From: an uncultured Actinomycetes bacterium
Lineage (GTDB): Bacteria; Actinomycetota; Acidimicrobiia; Spongiisociales; DATADW01
Assembly (NCBI GenBank): GCA_963824995.1
Contig: CAWGRK010000002.1
Coordinates: 186,001-250,000 of the forward strand
Direction of reading: 5' to 3'
DNA length: 64,000 nucleotides
The notes under the pieces were generated by a model that saw nothing but the letters and a program-made list of their open reading frames with translations, was not told the origin of the DNA and did not search any database. Positions 51,046 through 59,402 of the stretch are shown one piece after another. The number at the start of each line of letters is the position of its first letter. Within the stretch, counting starts at the first letter, position 1. Both the position numbers and the translations under genes were made by a program.

Positions 51046-52787
51046 ACTATCGCGAGCACCGCGCCGGTGGCAACGGTGTCACCGGGACGGATCCTGAGGT
51101 CCACCACTTCGCCCTCGACGGGGCTCGTCACCTCGTTCTCCATCTTCATCGCCTCGAGGACGCACACCGGGTCACCGGCACCGACCCGGTCTCCCGCCTT
51201 CACGTGGACCTTGACGATGGTTCCCTGCATGGGTGCCGGGATCATCCCCGGCTCGCCTCCCAGCGGAACAGGCGAGCGTGACAGCTTGGGCGCTCGGCGA
51301 CGCGGTGCCGTCCGGCTTCCTGCGGTGGAGAGGGCGCTCTCGGGTGACCAGTAGCTGACGGTGAAGCGCCGGCCGCCCACCTCGACCGTGAGGTCGCGCC
51401 TCGCCAGCGCCTCGTCCTCAGGCAGCGCAGCGGGGACCGTCATCTCGACGCGGCTGAGGTCGACCTCATCCTCGATCCACTTCGTGTGGTGCCTGCTTTC
51501 GATGAAATCGAGGTGGTCGATCACCACGAGGTGCGCCGGGATGGTGGTCGGCACGCCGCTGATCACGAACTCCAGCAGCGCCCTTCTACCTCTCTCGATG
51601 GCCTCGGCGCGGTCCCGGCCCCACACCACCAACTTGGCCATCAGGTTGTCGTAGTACTGGCTGACTCTCGTGCCGGGCTGTATCCACGAGTCAACCCGCA
51701 CGCCAAAGCCGCCCGGTTCGCGGTACTCGGAGACCCTCCCGGGACCGGGTGTGAAGTTGGCGGCGGGATCCTCTGCGTTGATCCGGAACTCGATGGCGTG
51801 GCCCCATGGCTGCACGGCATCAAAGGAGAGAGACTCGCCGGCAGCGACCCGAAGTTGCTCCTTGACCAGGTCGATCCCGGTGACCATCTCGGTGATGGCA
51901 TGCTCCACTTGGAGCCGGGTGTTCATCTCCAGGAAGAAGAACTCTCCTTCCTGATCCACGAGGAATTCCACAGTTCCCGCATTGACGTAGCCACAGTTAC
52001 GCGCCACGGCAAGGGCCGCTTCCCCGATTGCCTTTCGGGTGCTCTCGTCGAGCGTGCTCGACGGTGTCTCTTCGATGAGCTTCTGGTGGCGCCTCTGAAC
52101 CGTGCAGTCACGTTCGCCGAGGAAGACCCCGTTGCCATGGTCGTCGAGGACGATCTGAGCTTCGATGTGGCGGGGACGGTCGAGGTAGCGCTCCATATAG
52201 AGCTCTGGGTTGCCGAAGTAGGCCTCGGCTTCCCGCGCCGCTCCCTCGAAGGCGCCGACGAGGTCCTCGGGACGATAGACGACCCGCAGGCCCTTGCCAC
52301 CTCCTCCGTGAGCGGCTTTTACCGCTACCGGGTAGCCGAACTCCTCGGCGATATCCGCAGCGGTCGCCGCCGAGACGAGAGGCTCGAGCGTCCCTGGCAC
52401 CGACCGGACACCGGCTGCCTCGGCGGCCCGTCGCGACTCGATCTTGTCGCCCATGATGGCGATGGCGTCCGGTGGCGGGCCTACCCAGACGAGGCCCGCT
52501 TCGATGACCGCCCTGGCGAACTCGGCGTTCTCGGCAAGGAACCCGTAACCCGGGTGGATGGCGTCGGCGCCGGCATCGACTGCGGTCTTGATGATCCGGT
52601 CACCTGCCAGGTACGACTCGGCGGCCGGTGCTGGCCCGATATTCCAGGAGTCGTCGGCCAGAGCCACGTGGAGCGCATCGCGATCCAGTTCCGAATAGAC
52701 CGCGATCGTTCGCATCCCCATTTCCTTCGCCGCCCGGATCACGCGTACGGCGATTTCGCCTCGATTCGCCACGAGCAGCGCGTTCAT
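51039..52787 (-). CDS. accA: Acyl-CoA carboxylase alpha subunit (biotin carboxylase plus BCCP)
   Basis: ANRGEIA, HPGYGFLAEN, GGGGKG, QRRHQK, EMNTRLQVEH and EAMKM motifs. TAGGAT lies 7 nt before ATG. Confidence 0.95.
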   Translation of the reverse strand: MNALLVANRGEIAVRVIRAAKEMGMRTIAVYSELDRDALHVALADDSWNIGPAPAAESYLAGDRIIKTAVDAGADAIHPGYGFLAENAEFARAVIEAGLVWVGPPPDAIAIMGDKIESRRAAEAAGVRSVPGTLEPLVSAATAADIAEEFGYPVAVKAAHGGGGKGLRVVYRPEDLVGAFEGAAREAEAYFGNPELYMERYLDRPRHIEAQIVLDDHGNGVFLGERDCTVQRRHQKLIEETPSSTLDESTRKAIGEAALAVARNCGYVNAGTVEFLVDQEGEFFFLEMNTRLQVEHAITEMVTGIDLVKEQLRVAAGESLSFDAVQPWGHAIEFRINAEDPAANFTPGPGRVSEYREPGGFGVRVDSWIQPGTRVSQYYDNLMAKLVVWGRDRAEAIERGRRALLEFVISGVPTTIPAHLVVIDHLDFIESRHHTKWIEDEVDLSRVEMTVPAALPEDEALARRDLTVEVGGRRFTVSYWSPESALSTAGSRTAPRRRAPKLSRSPVPLGGEPGMIPAPMQGTIVKVHVKAGDRVGAGDPVCVLEAMKMENEVTSPVEGEVVDLRIRPGDTVATGAVLAIVR

Positions 52788-52806
52788 GGGGGGGATCCTA
52801 CGAGTA

Positions 52807-52834
52807 GACGGCGGACGGCGGACGGCGGACGGCG
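52807..52834 (+). repeat. (GACGGCG)4 heptamer array, left flank of the four-helix-bundle gene
   Basis: Four perfect tandem copies. Confidence 0.95.
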
Positions 52835-52999
52835 ACCAGGAACCGGCGTACGGGTGCCATGACATATCGACGGCCGCCTCCGACCACCGTGACAGGCACG
52901 GCCGCAGACCGATGTCAGGGGGGACGATTCGTTCCGCATGTCGGTCCTGATTCGAACGAAGTACTTGGCAGCCACTGACACAACCTGTATGACGTTTGG

Positions 53000-53389
53000 G
53001 TGCGCGACTTCCGAGAACTGGAGTCCTGGCAAACCAGCAGGCAGCTTGTCCGTTGCATCTACGACCTGACAGCGCGCTTCCCAAGGAACGAGCAATTCGG
53101 GCTGATCGCGCAGACTCGCCGGGCAGCAATATCGGTCAGTTCGAATATTGCCGAGGGATGTGGACGGCGCGGTCCCCGTGAGTTTGCCCGATTTGTCGAT
53201 ATTGCCCTGGGTTCGGTCTACGAGGTCGAGTCTCACCTGTTTCTTGCCATCGACTTGAAATACATCGACGAAGAGGCGGCAGCAGACGCCCTCGCCCTAG
53301 CGGGATCGGTCAAGCGACTCTCCGTAAGGCTTGCCGGACGTCTGTTGGTCTCCGCCGAAAGACCTTCGAGACCCATACGCTCAAGTTGA
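53000..53389 (+). CDS. Four-helix-bundle protein (23S rRNA IVP / TIGR02436 family, Avd-like fold)
   Basis: MRDFRELESWQ, FPRNEQFGLIAQTRRAAISVSSNIAEGCGR and FARFVDIALGSVYEVE are characteristic family motifs. Confidence 0.9.
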   Translation: MRDFRELESWQTSRQLVRCIYDLTARFPRNEQFGLIAQTRRAAISVSSNIAEGCGRRGPREFARFVDIALGSVYEVESHLFLAIDLKYIDEEAAADALALAGSVKRLSVRLAGRLLVSAERPSRPIRSS

Positions 53390-53403
53390 AGGTGCGCCAG
53401 ACG

Positions 53404-53431
53404 TTCCGTCCGCCGTCCGCCGTCTGCCGTC
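53404..53431 (-). repeat. Inverted heptamer array, right flank of the four-helix-bundle gene
   Basis: TTCCGTC CGCCGTC CGCCGTC TGCCGTC is the reverse complement of GACGG(C/A)R units. Confidence 0.9.
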
Positions 53432-53466
53432 TCCCGCTCTGAGCGGCGAAGCCGTTCAGAGCGGGA
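53432..53466. terminator. 16-bp hairpin with GAA loop overlapping the accD stop
   Basis: TCCCGCTCTGAGCGGC-GAA-GCCGTTCAGAGCGGGA, with one G-T pair. Confidence 0.65.
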
Positions 53467-55006
53467 TGTTCCCGTGCTTCTTTGCGGGGAGGGTCTCGCG
53501 TTTGGTTCTAAGCATGGCCAGGGCTCTGATCAGTTTGGGGCGGGTGGTGCTGGGCTCTATGACTTCATCAACCAGGCCGAGTTCTGCGGCGCGGTAGGGG
53601 TTGTAGAACCGCTCCTCGTAGTCGGAGATGAGCTCGGAGCGGCGCTCTTCGGGATCCTCGGCACGCTGGATCTCGCGGCGGAAGATCACGTTCACCGCGC
53701 CCTGGGCCCCCATGACGGCGATTTCGGCAGACGGCCAGGCGTAGACCACGTCGGCGCGAATTCCCCGGGAGTTCATCACCACATACGCCCCGCCGTACGC
53801 CTTGCGGGTTATGACGGTCACCCGGGGGACGGTGGCCTCGCTGTAGGCAAACAACAGCTTGGCGCCGTGGCGGATGATCCCGCGGTGCTCCTGGTCCACG
53901 CCGGGCAGGAACCCGGGAACGTCGACGAAAGTCACCAGGGGGATGTTGAAGGCGTCACAGAACCGGACGAAGCGCGCCGCCTTGTCTGAGGCGTCGATGT
54001 CGAGGGTCCCGGCGAGGACCGATGGCTGGTTGGCGACTATCCCGACAGAGGAGCCGTCGAGCCGTGCGAGGCCGACCACGATGTTGGCCGCCCAGTGCTC
54101 GTGTACCTGGAAGAACTCCCCGTCGTCCACCACCAACTCGATCAGCCGCACCACGTCGTACGGCTGGTTTGCGGAGTTGGGGATGATCGAGTCGAGTTCG
54201 TCCTCCACCCTGTCGGAGCCGTCTGTCGGGGTGAAGTAAGGGGACGGTTCCATATTGTTCTGCGGGAGGAAAGAGAGCAGGTAACGGACCTCCTCCATCG
54301 CCTCGGCTCCCCGCTCGGAGACGAAATGGGTGACACCCGATATCCCGGCATGGGTTCGCGCTCCACCGAGTTCCTCGAACGTGACCTCCTCACCGGTGAC
54401 CGCCTTGATCACGTCCGGGCCGGTGATGAACAGGTGGCTGGTCCCCTCGACCTGGAATACGAAGTCGGTGATCGCCGGCGAGTACACCGCGCCCCCGGCG
54501 CAAGGACCCATGATCACGGAGATCTGCGGTATCACACCCGATGCCCGGACGTTCCGTTCGAAGATCCGGCCGTATCCGTCGAGCGCCGCCACTCCCTCCT
54601 GGATGCGGGCGCCACCCGAGTCCTTGAGCCCGATCACCGGCACCCCCATCTCGAGCGCCATGTCCATCACCTTGCAAATCTTGTCCGATACGGCACGGCC
54701 CAGACTCCCACCGAACACCGTGAAGTCCTCGGCGAAGACGAACACGGTCCTCCCGTCGATGGTGCCCCAGCCGGTTATCACGGCATCGCCAGGCGGGCGG
54801 GTCTCCTCGATGCCAAACCCGCTGGCCTGGTGGCGCACGAACATGTCGGTCTCTTCGAACGAGCCCTTGTCGAGTAGCAACTGGATCCGCTCGCGGGCGG
54901 TGAGCTTCCCCTGCTCGTGTTGACGGGCTACTGCGCGCTCGCTACCGGAATGCAGCGCCTCGTCTCGCAGGTTGCGCAGCTCCTCGATCCGCTCCTCCGT
55001 GCCCAT
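53456..55006 (-). CDS. pccB: Acyl-CoA (propionyl-CoA) carboxylase beta subunit
   Basis: GKLTARERI, DFTVFGGSLG, SGGARIQEG, GPCAGGAVY, DVPGFLPG, RKAYGGAY and KKHGNIPL motifs. Confidence 0.93.
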   Translation of the reverse strand: MGTEERIEELRNLRDEALHSGSERAVARQHEQGKLTARERIQLLLDKGSFEETDMFVRHQASGFGIEETRPPGDAVITGWGTIDGRTVFVFAEDFTVFGGSLGRAVSDKICKVMDMALEMGVPVIGLKDSGGARIQEGVAALDGYGRIFERNVRASGVIPQISVIMGPCAGGAVYSPAITDFVFQVEGTSHLFITGPDVIKAVTGEEVTFEELGGARTHAGISGVTHFVSERGAEAMEEVRYLLSFLPQNNMEPSPYFTPTDGSDRVEDELDSIIPNSANQPYDVVRLIELVVDDGEFFQVHEHWAANIVVGLARLDGSSVGIVANQPSVLAGTLDIDASDKAARFVRFCDAFNIPLVTFVDVPGFLPGVDQEHRGIIRHGAKLLFAYSEATVPRVTVITRKAYGGAYVVMNSRGIRADVVYAWPSAEIAVMGAQGAVNVIFRREIQRAEDPEERRSELISDYEERFYNPYRAAELGLVDEVIEPSTTRPKLIRALAMLRTKRETLPAKKHGNIPL

Positions 55007-55067
55007 TCAATTCCCTCCCGCGACTCCGCTATTTGACCTCGCGAGTGCCCCGGGGGATACATCTTGA

Positions 55068-55125
55068 GACGGCAGACGGCAGACGGCAGACGGCGGACGG
55101 GACGGCGGGACGGAGGGCGGGACGA
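55068..55125 (+). repeat. (GACGGCA)3-GACGGCG array with degenerate tail
   Basis: Perfect units at 55068-55095 between the divergent pccB and birA genes. Confidence 0.9.
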
Positions 55126-55145
55126 GTGGCGGTAGGTTCGCCACC

Positions 55146-55811
55146 ATGGAGGCGGTGCAGGTGGTGAGGCTGGACGAGGTCGGGTCCACACAGGACGAGG
55201 CTCGAACCCGTTTCGATGGCACGTCGGTATTGGTGCTGGCGCAGCGGCAGAACCGAGGGAGGGGTCGCCATGGCCGAGTGTGGACTTCTGCCACACGTGC
55301 CCTCGCCGCATCCCTCGCATTCTCGCCCGCATGGTCTCCCGACACTTGGGGCCGGCTCAGCCTGGTGGCCGGGCTGGCGGGCTCCTCGGTGCTTCCCGGT
55401 GACCCCCGCCTGAAGTGGCCCAACGATCTGGTGACCGGTCGGGGAAAGGTGGGCGGCATCCTCGTGGAAGCGTCCGGCGGCGTGGTTGTCGCCGGGATCG
55501 GTGCCAACCTCTATTGGTCCGAACCGCCCGAAGGGTCGGCGGCGCTGCTCGAGGATGATCCCGGTCCTGACCTTGGAGAAGATATCGGGGTGGCCTGGTC
55601 GGCCGACTTCCTCCGGCGGGTCGAACGTGGCCCCGAGCGCTGGGGGCGGGCGGAATATGTCGCCGTCTGCGCCACCCTTGGCCGCGACATCACGTGGGAG
55701 CCCGATGGGCAGGGCCGCGCAGTCGACATTGCCGAAGACGGCGCTCTACTCGTCGAGACCTCCAGAGGAGTGGTGTCACTCGTCGCAACGGAGGTCAGAC
55801 ACATCAGGTAG
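55146..55811 (+). CDS. birA: Biotin-protein ligase (no HTH domain)
   Basis: STQ, QNRGRGRHGRVW, LKWPNDL and KVGGILVE motifs. Confidence 0.88.
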   Translation: MEAVQVVRLDEVGSTQDEARTRFDGTSVLVLAQRQNRGRGRHGRVWTSATRALAASLAFSPAWSPDTWGRLSLVAGLAGSSVLPGDPRLKWPNDLVTGRGKVGGILVEASGGVVVAGIGANLYWSEPPEGSAALLEDDPGPDLGEDIGVAWSADFLRRVERGPERWGRAEYVAVCATLGRDITWEPDGQGRAVDIAEDGALLVETSRGVVSLVATEVRHIR

Positions 55812-55827
55812 AGCAGACCTCTTGTTC

Positions 55828-55841
55828 TTCCGTCTTCCGTC
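55828..55841 (-). repeat. (TTCCGTC)2 heptamer remnant
   Basis: Same unit as 48622-48642; intergenic. Confidence 0.55.
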
Positions 55842-55870
55842 ATAGCTTCTACCACTACCGTTGCCGCCCA

Positions 55871-56626
55871 ATGGCGGTGCTGGCATTCGAGGGAAGCTTC
55901 CCGATCCTCTACGGGACCTATCCGGTACCGGTCGGCAGCACGATCGTCCAGGGCTACCTGGCGAGGCCCGACAATGCAGGCACCTTCCCGGCAGTTCTGC
56001 TGCTCCACGACATCAGCGGGATCACTGGGACCGAGAAGGACCTGGCGCGCAGGCTGGCCCGGAAGGGATACGTCACCCTGGCTGTCGACCTGTACCGAGG
56101 AAGACGGTCGCCTGCGGATCTCGACGCGGCGATCGCCGCTTACACCGCCACCACCGATCAGGCTGCACTGCTCGCCATCGACGAGGGCTATCAGTTCCTC
56201 CAGAGCGAGGACATCCCATGGACGGCGAAGCCCGACGTTGCGGTGGTGGGCCTCGATGTGGGGGGTCGTTTCGCCCTGCTCTACGCCTTCGACAATCCGG
56301 CGGTCCGGTCGGTGGTGGTGGCATACACACCGTTGGGGGGAGACGAAGATCGGGCCCGTCCACTCGCCGCGGTGATCCCCCGGCTCGCGGTCCCGGTCCT
56401 CGGTGTGTTCGGCGCCGATGACGAGAAGGTACCGGTGGAGAGCGTTGACCTCGCTGCTCAACTTGCACCGGGTGGGCAGTGGCTGCTCTACGAGGGCGCC
56501 GGGCATGATTTCCTCGATCCGGACGCAACCTCGTACCATGGAGGCGCGGCAAACGACGCAGAGGCCCGGATGCTCGAGCTTCTCGGGGCGACCATGCCCC
56601 AGCCCTCGCCTGCCGCAGCCGGTTGA
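55871..56626 (+). CDS. Dienelactone-hydrolase-family protein with atypical nucleophile
   Basis: GYLARP, PAVLLLHD, ARRLARKGY..AVDLY, GLDVGG, GADDEKVP and AGHDF motifs. Confidence 0.8.
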   Translation: MAVLAFEGSFPILYGTYPVPVGSTIVQGYLARPDNAGTFPAVLLLHDISGITGTEKDLARRLARKGYVTLAVDLYRGRRSPADLDAAIAAYTATTDQAALLAIDEGYQFLQSEDIPWTAKPDVAVVGLDVGGRFALLYAFDNPAVRSVVVAYTPLGGDEDRARPLAAVIPRLAVPVLGVFGADDEKVPVESVDLAAQLAPGGQWLLYEGAGHDFLDPDATSYHGGAANDAEARMLELLGATMPQPSPAAAG

Positions 56627-56684
56627 AGGCCGCACCAGGGCCCACTGGTAGTCTCCCGCCCGTCCCGGCGCCGATTGCGAACCC

Positions 56685-58037
56685 ATGACGTCCACCATTC
56701 CGCCGCCAACGACGCCCGCCACACCACGAGGGGGATCACACCCGCCCGGTGGGCGAAGGCATGCTCCGTCCCCGACCAGGTCGCCATGGCCTCGGCGGCT
56801 GCTGATCAGCGCGCTGGTGGTGGCGAACCTCGGTGTATTCGCGGTCCTTTGGTACGTGAGGAGCCTCAATTCCACGTTCGAGGAGGCGGTGACCAGGGAC
56901 GACGCCGTGGTGAGCGAACTCGCTCCCACACAGGCCGTGCTCGATCCCCGCGTGATCCTGCTCATCGGCTCCGACACCCGCGAGGACCTACCGGAGGACT
57001 TCGGGGGATTCGGCAGTTTCGGCGGGCAGCGTGCCGACGTGATCATGATGGTCCATGTAGACCCGGCCAGCGGCACCGCCCAGATCCTGAGCATCCCCCG
57101 CGACACGATGGTGGAGATCGAGGGAAATGGAACCGACAAGATCAATGCCGCATACGCCTACGGCGGGGCGCCCTTGATGGTCCGAACCATCAAGGACAAC
57201 TTCGGGGTCCACGTCCACAACTTCGTCGAGGTGAACTTCTTCGGCTTCGCCTCGATCGTGGATTCCATCGGGGGCGTGGAGTTGTGTCTCGAGTACCCCG
57301 CCCGCGATGCGAAGTCGCTGCTCGATGCGCCCGCGGGGTGCAACACGGTCGACGGGAGGACCGCACTCGCTTACGCCAGGTCGCGGCAGTACGAGGAGCT
57401 AAAGGGGGGCACCTGGGTTACCCAGGAGGGAGGGGACATATCCCGCACCCACCGACAGCAGGAACTGGTCTACGGCATCATCAAGGAACTCAAAGACCCG
57501 TCCACCGTCGGCGAGGCGGGAGAGCTGATCCGCTCGATCGGGACCTATCTGACCATCGACGGGTCGCTCCAGCCGCGTGAGCTTGCAGAGCTCGCCTGGG
57601 CGATGCGCGGGCTGCAGGCCGAAGATCTGGAGCCGGCCACCCTTCCCACCGACATCGAGCAGGTTGACGGTGTCTGGTACAACCTGCCGATCGAGCCGGC
57701 GGCCGCGGAGATGACAGCGGCATTTGTCAACGGCGATGCCATGAGCGACGCCATCCCCGAGGAGCCGCTCCGCCTCGTGGTCCGTAACGGCAACGGTGTC
57801 GTCGGTGCGGCGGGTCTGTGGGCGGAGAACCTGGAGACCGCCGGCTTCGAAGTGGTCGACTATGGCGACGCCGCCACTTTCGACTACGACGTTACGGTGA
57901 TCAGGGTTCGCCCCGAGATGACCCGGGCGGCGACCGTGCTCCTCGAGTCACTCGGCTTCGGTGAGATCGTCACAGGTGCTGTACCCGAGGGCGTCGATGC
58001 CGTGGTGACCATCGGAGAGGACGCCAAGGGCTACTGA
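56685..58037 (+). CDS. LCP (LytR-CpsA-Psr) glycopolymer transferase with LytR_C domain
   Basis: LLIGSDTR, RADVIM, SIPRD, KINAAY, ALAYARSR, DISRTHRQ and VRNGNG motifs. Confidence 0.92.
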   Translation: MTSTIPPPTTPATPRGGSHPPGGRRHAPSPTRSPWPRRLLISALVVANLGVFAVLWYVRSLNSTFEEAVTRDDAVVSELAPTQAVLDPRVILLIGSDTREDLPEDFGGFGSFGGQRADVIMMVHVDPASGTAQILSIPRDTMVEIEGNGTDKINAAYAYGGAPLMVRTIKDNFGVHVHNFVEVNFFGFASIVDSIGGVELCLEYPARDAKSLLDAPAGCNTVDGRTALAYARSRQYEELKGGTWVTQEGGDISRTHRQQELVYGIIKELKDPSTVGEAGELIRSIGTYLTIDGSLQPRELAELAWAMRGLQAEDLEPATLPTDIEQVDGVWYNLPIEPAAAEMTAAFVNGDAMSDAIPEEPLRLVVRNGNGVVGAAGLWAENLETAGFEVVDYGDAATFDYDVTVIRVRPEMTRAATVLLESLGFGEIVTGAVPEGVDAVVTIGEDAKGY

Positions 58038-58091
58038 AGCGGCGGCGGCTTGCTGCCGACAATCGATGACAAGGTCGAGAGTGAGGGGCCC

Positions 58092-59402
58092 GTGGCGGTT
58101 ATCGCAGTTATCGGAGGGGGATATGTCGGGCTGGTCACCGCGGCCGGGTTGGCATCAATCGGCCATGAGGTGCGAGTCGGCGAGCGCGATCCCGATCGAG
58201 TTGGTGCGCTCCGCGCCGGAAACATACCGATCTTCGAGCCAGGACTCGAGCGGCTCGTCACCAAGGGGATCGAGGCCGACTCGCTGAGCTTCACCAGCGA
58301 CAACAAAGAAGCCGCCGATGGTGCGGGCTTTGTCTTCCTCACCCTCCCGACGCCGTCGCTCTCCGACGGCAGCGCCGACACGTCGTTCATCGAATCGGTG
58401 ATCGATGAGTTGAGCGGCCGGCTCGAACCCGACACAATTGTGGTGCTCAAGTCGACGGTCCCCGTTGGGTCTACCCGCAGGTTCCAGGCGCGGCTGGCCG
58501 AGGGTCAGCCCGGGGTCCCAGTGGTGAGCAACCCGGAGTTCCTCCGCGAGGGGAACGCTGTGGACGACTTCCTCCAGCCGGACCGGGTGGTGGTCGGTGC
58601 CGACGACCCCGCCGCCGCCAAGGCGGTGGCGGAACTCTACGAAGCGCTTGGGGCGCCGGTCATGGTGATGGACCCGGTGTCGGCCGAGATGGTCAAGTAC
58701 GGGTCAAACGCCTATCTGGCGGCCCGGATCACATTTGCCAACACTCTCGCCAACGTCTGCGAGGCGGTGGACGCCGACGTCACCGCGGTGCTCGGCGCAG
58801 TCGGGATGGATAAGCGCATCGGTCCGCACTTTCTCCGGCCAGGACCCGGTTTCGGGGGCTCCTGCTTTCCCAAGGACACTCAGGCCCTTCTCGCCCTGTC
58901 GGGCGAGGCAGGGTACGAGTTCCGCTTACTGGAAGCCGTTATCGCCGCCGATCAGGAGCAACGAAGCCGGATCGTCGACAAGGTGCGCCAGGCGGTGGGA
59001 GGAGACCTCGGTGGTACCACCATCGGGCTGTGGGGCCTCGCCTTCAAGGCGGGGACCGACGACGTCCGCGCCTCGCCGGCAGTGGACATCGCCGATGCCC
59101 TGATCGCCGACGGCGCCCGCATCCAGGCATTCGACCCGGAGGGCCACCTTGACAGGGATGGTCTGGTCCAGGTGGGCAGCCCGATCGAGGCGGCTTCAGC
59201 TGCCGACGCCGTCGTGGTGGCAACCGAGTGGCCCGAGTTCGCCGTAGTGCCATTGGACGAGGTCTCGGCCGTGATGCGGGGGGCCGTGCTGATCGATGCT
59301 CGGAACCTCCTCGACCCCGAGCGGGTCGTGGCTGCCGGGCTGCGTTATGAGGGAGTGGGACGGCGGTTGGACGTGGTCGATCGGAACGACTCATCCCGGT
59401 GA
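58092..59402 (+). CDS. ugd: UDP-glucose/GDP-mannose dehydrogenase
   Basis: GGGYVG, KSTVPVG, NPEFLREG, GFGGSCFPKD and GLAFK motifs. Confidence 0.9.
   Translation: MAVIAVIGGGYVGLVTAAGLASIGHEVRVGERDPDRVGALRAGNIPIFEPGLERLVTKGIEADSLSFTSDNKEAADGAGFVFLTLPTPSLSDGSADTSFIESVIDELSGRLEPDTIVVLKSTVPVGSTRRFQARLAEGQPGVPVVSNPEFLREGNAVDDFLQPDRVVVGADDPAAAKAVAELYEALGAPVMVMDPVSAEMVKYGSNAYLAARITFANTLANVCEAVDADVTAVLGAVGMDKRIGPHFLRPGPGFGGSCFPKDTQALLALSGEAGYEFRLLEAVIAADQEQRSRIVDKVRQAVGGDLGGTTIGLWGLAFKAGTDDVRASPAVDIADALIADGARIQAFDPEGHLDRDGLVQVGSPIEAASAADAVVVATEWPEFAVVPLDEVSAVMRGAVLIDARNLLDPERVVAAGLRYEGVGRRLDVVDRNDSSR

Noticed and set aside
53000..53389. 23S rRNA intervening sequence
   Set aside because: The flanks are carboxylase genes and no rRNA sequence is present.
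52807..53466. Diversity-generating retroelement suggested by the Avd-like protein
   Set aside because: No reverse transcriptase and no TR/VR pair with adenine-specific mismatches were found. The internal SLH duplications are in-frame tandem repeats.
55511..57145. Long antisense or alternative-frame ORFs (e.g. 55511..57145, 26328..27872, 11646..13094, 51486..52862)
   Set aside because: They are shadow ORFs typical of high-GC DNA, overlap motif-bearing genes and have no recognisable domains.
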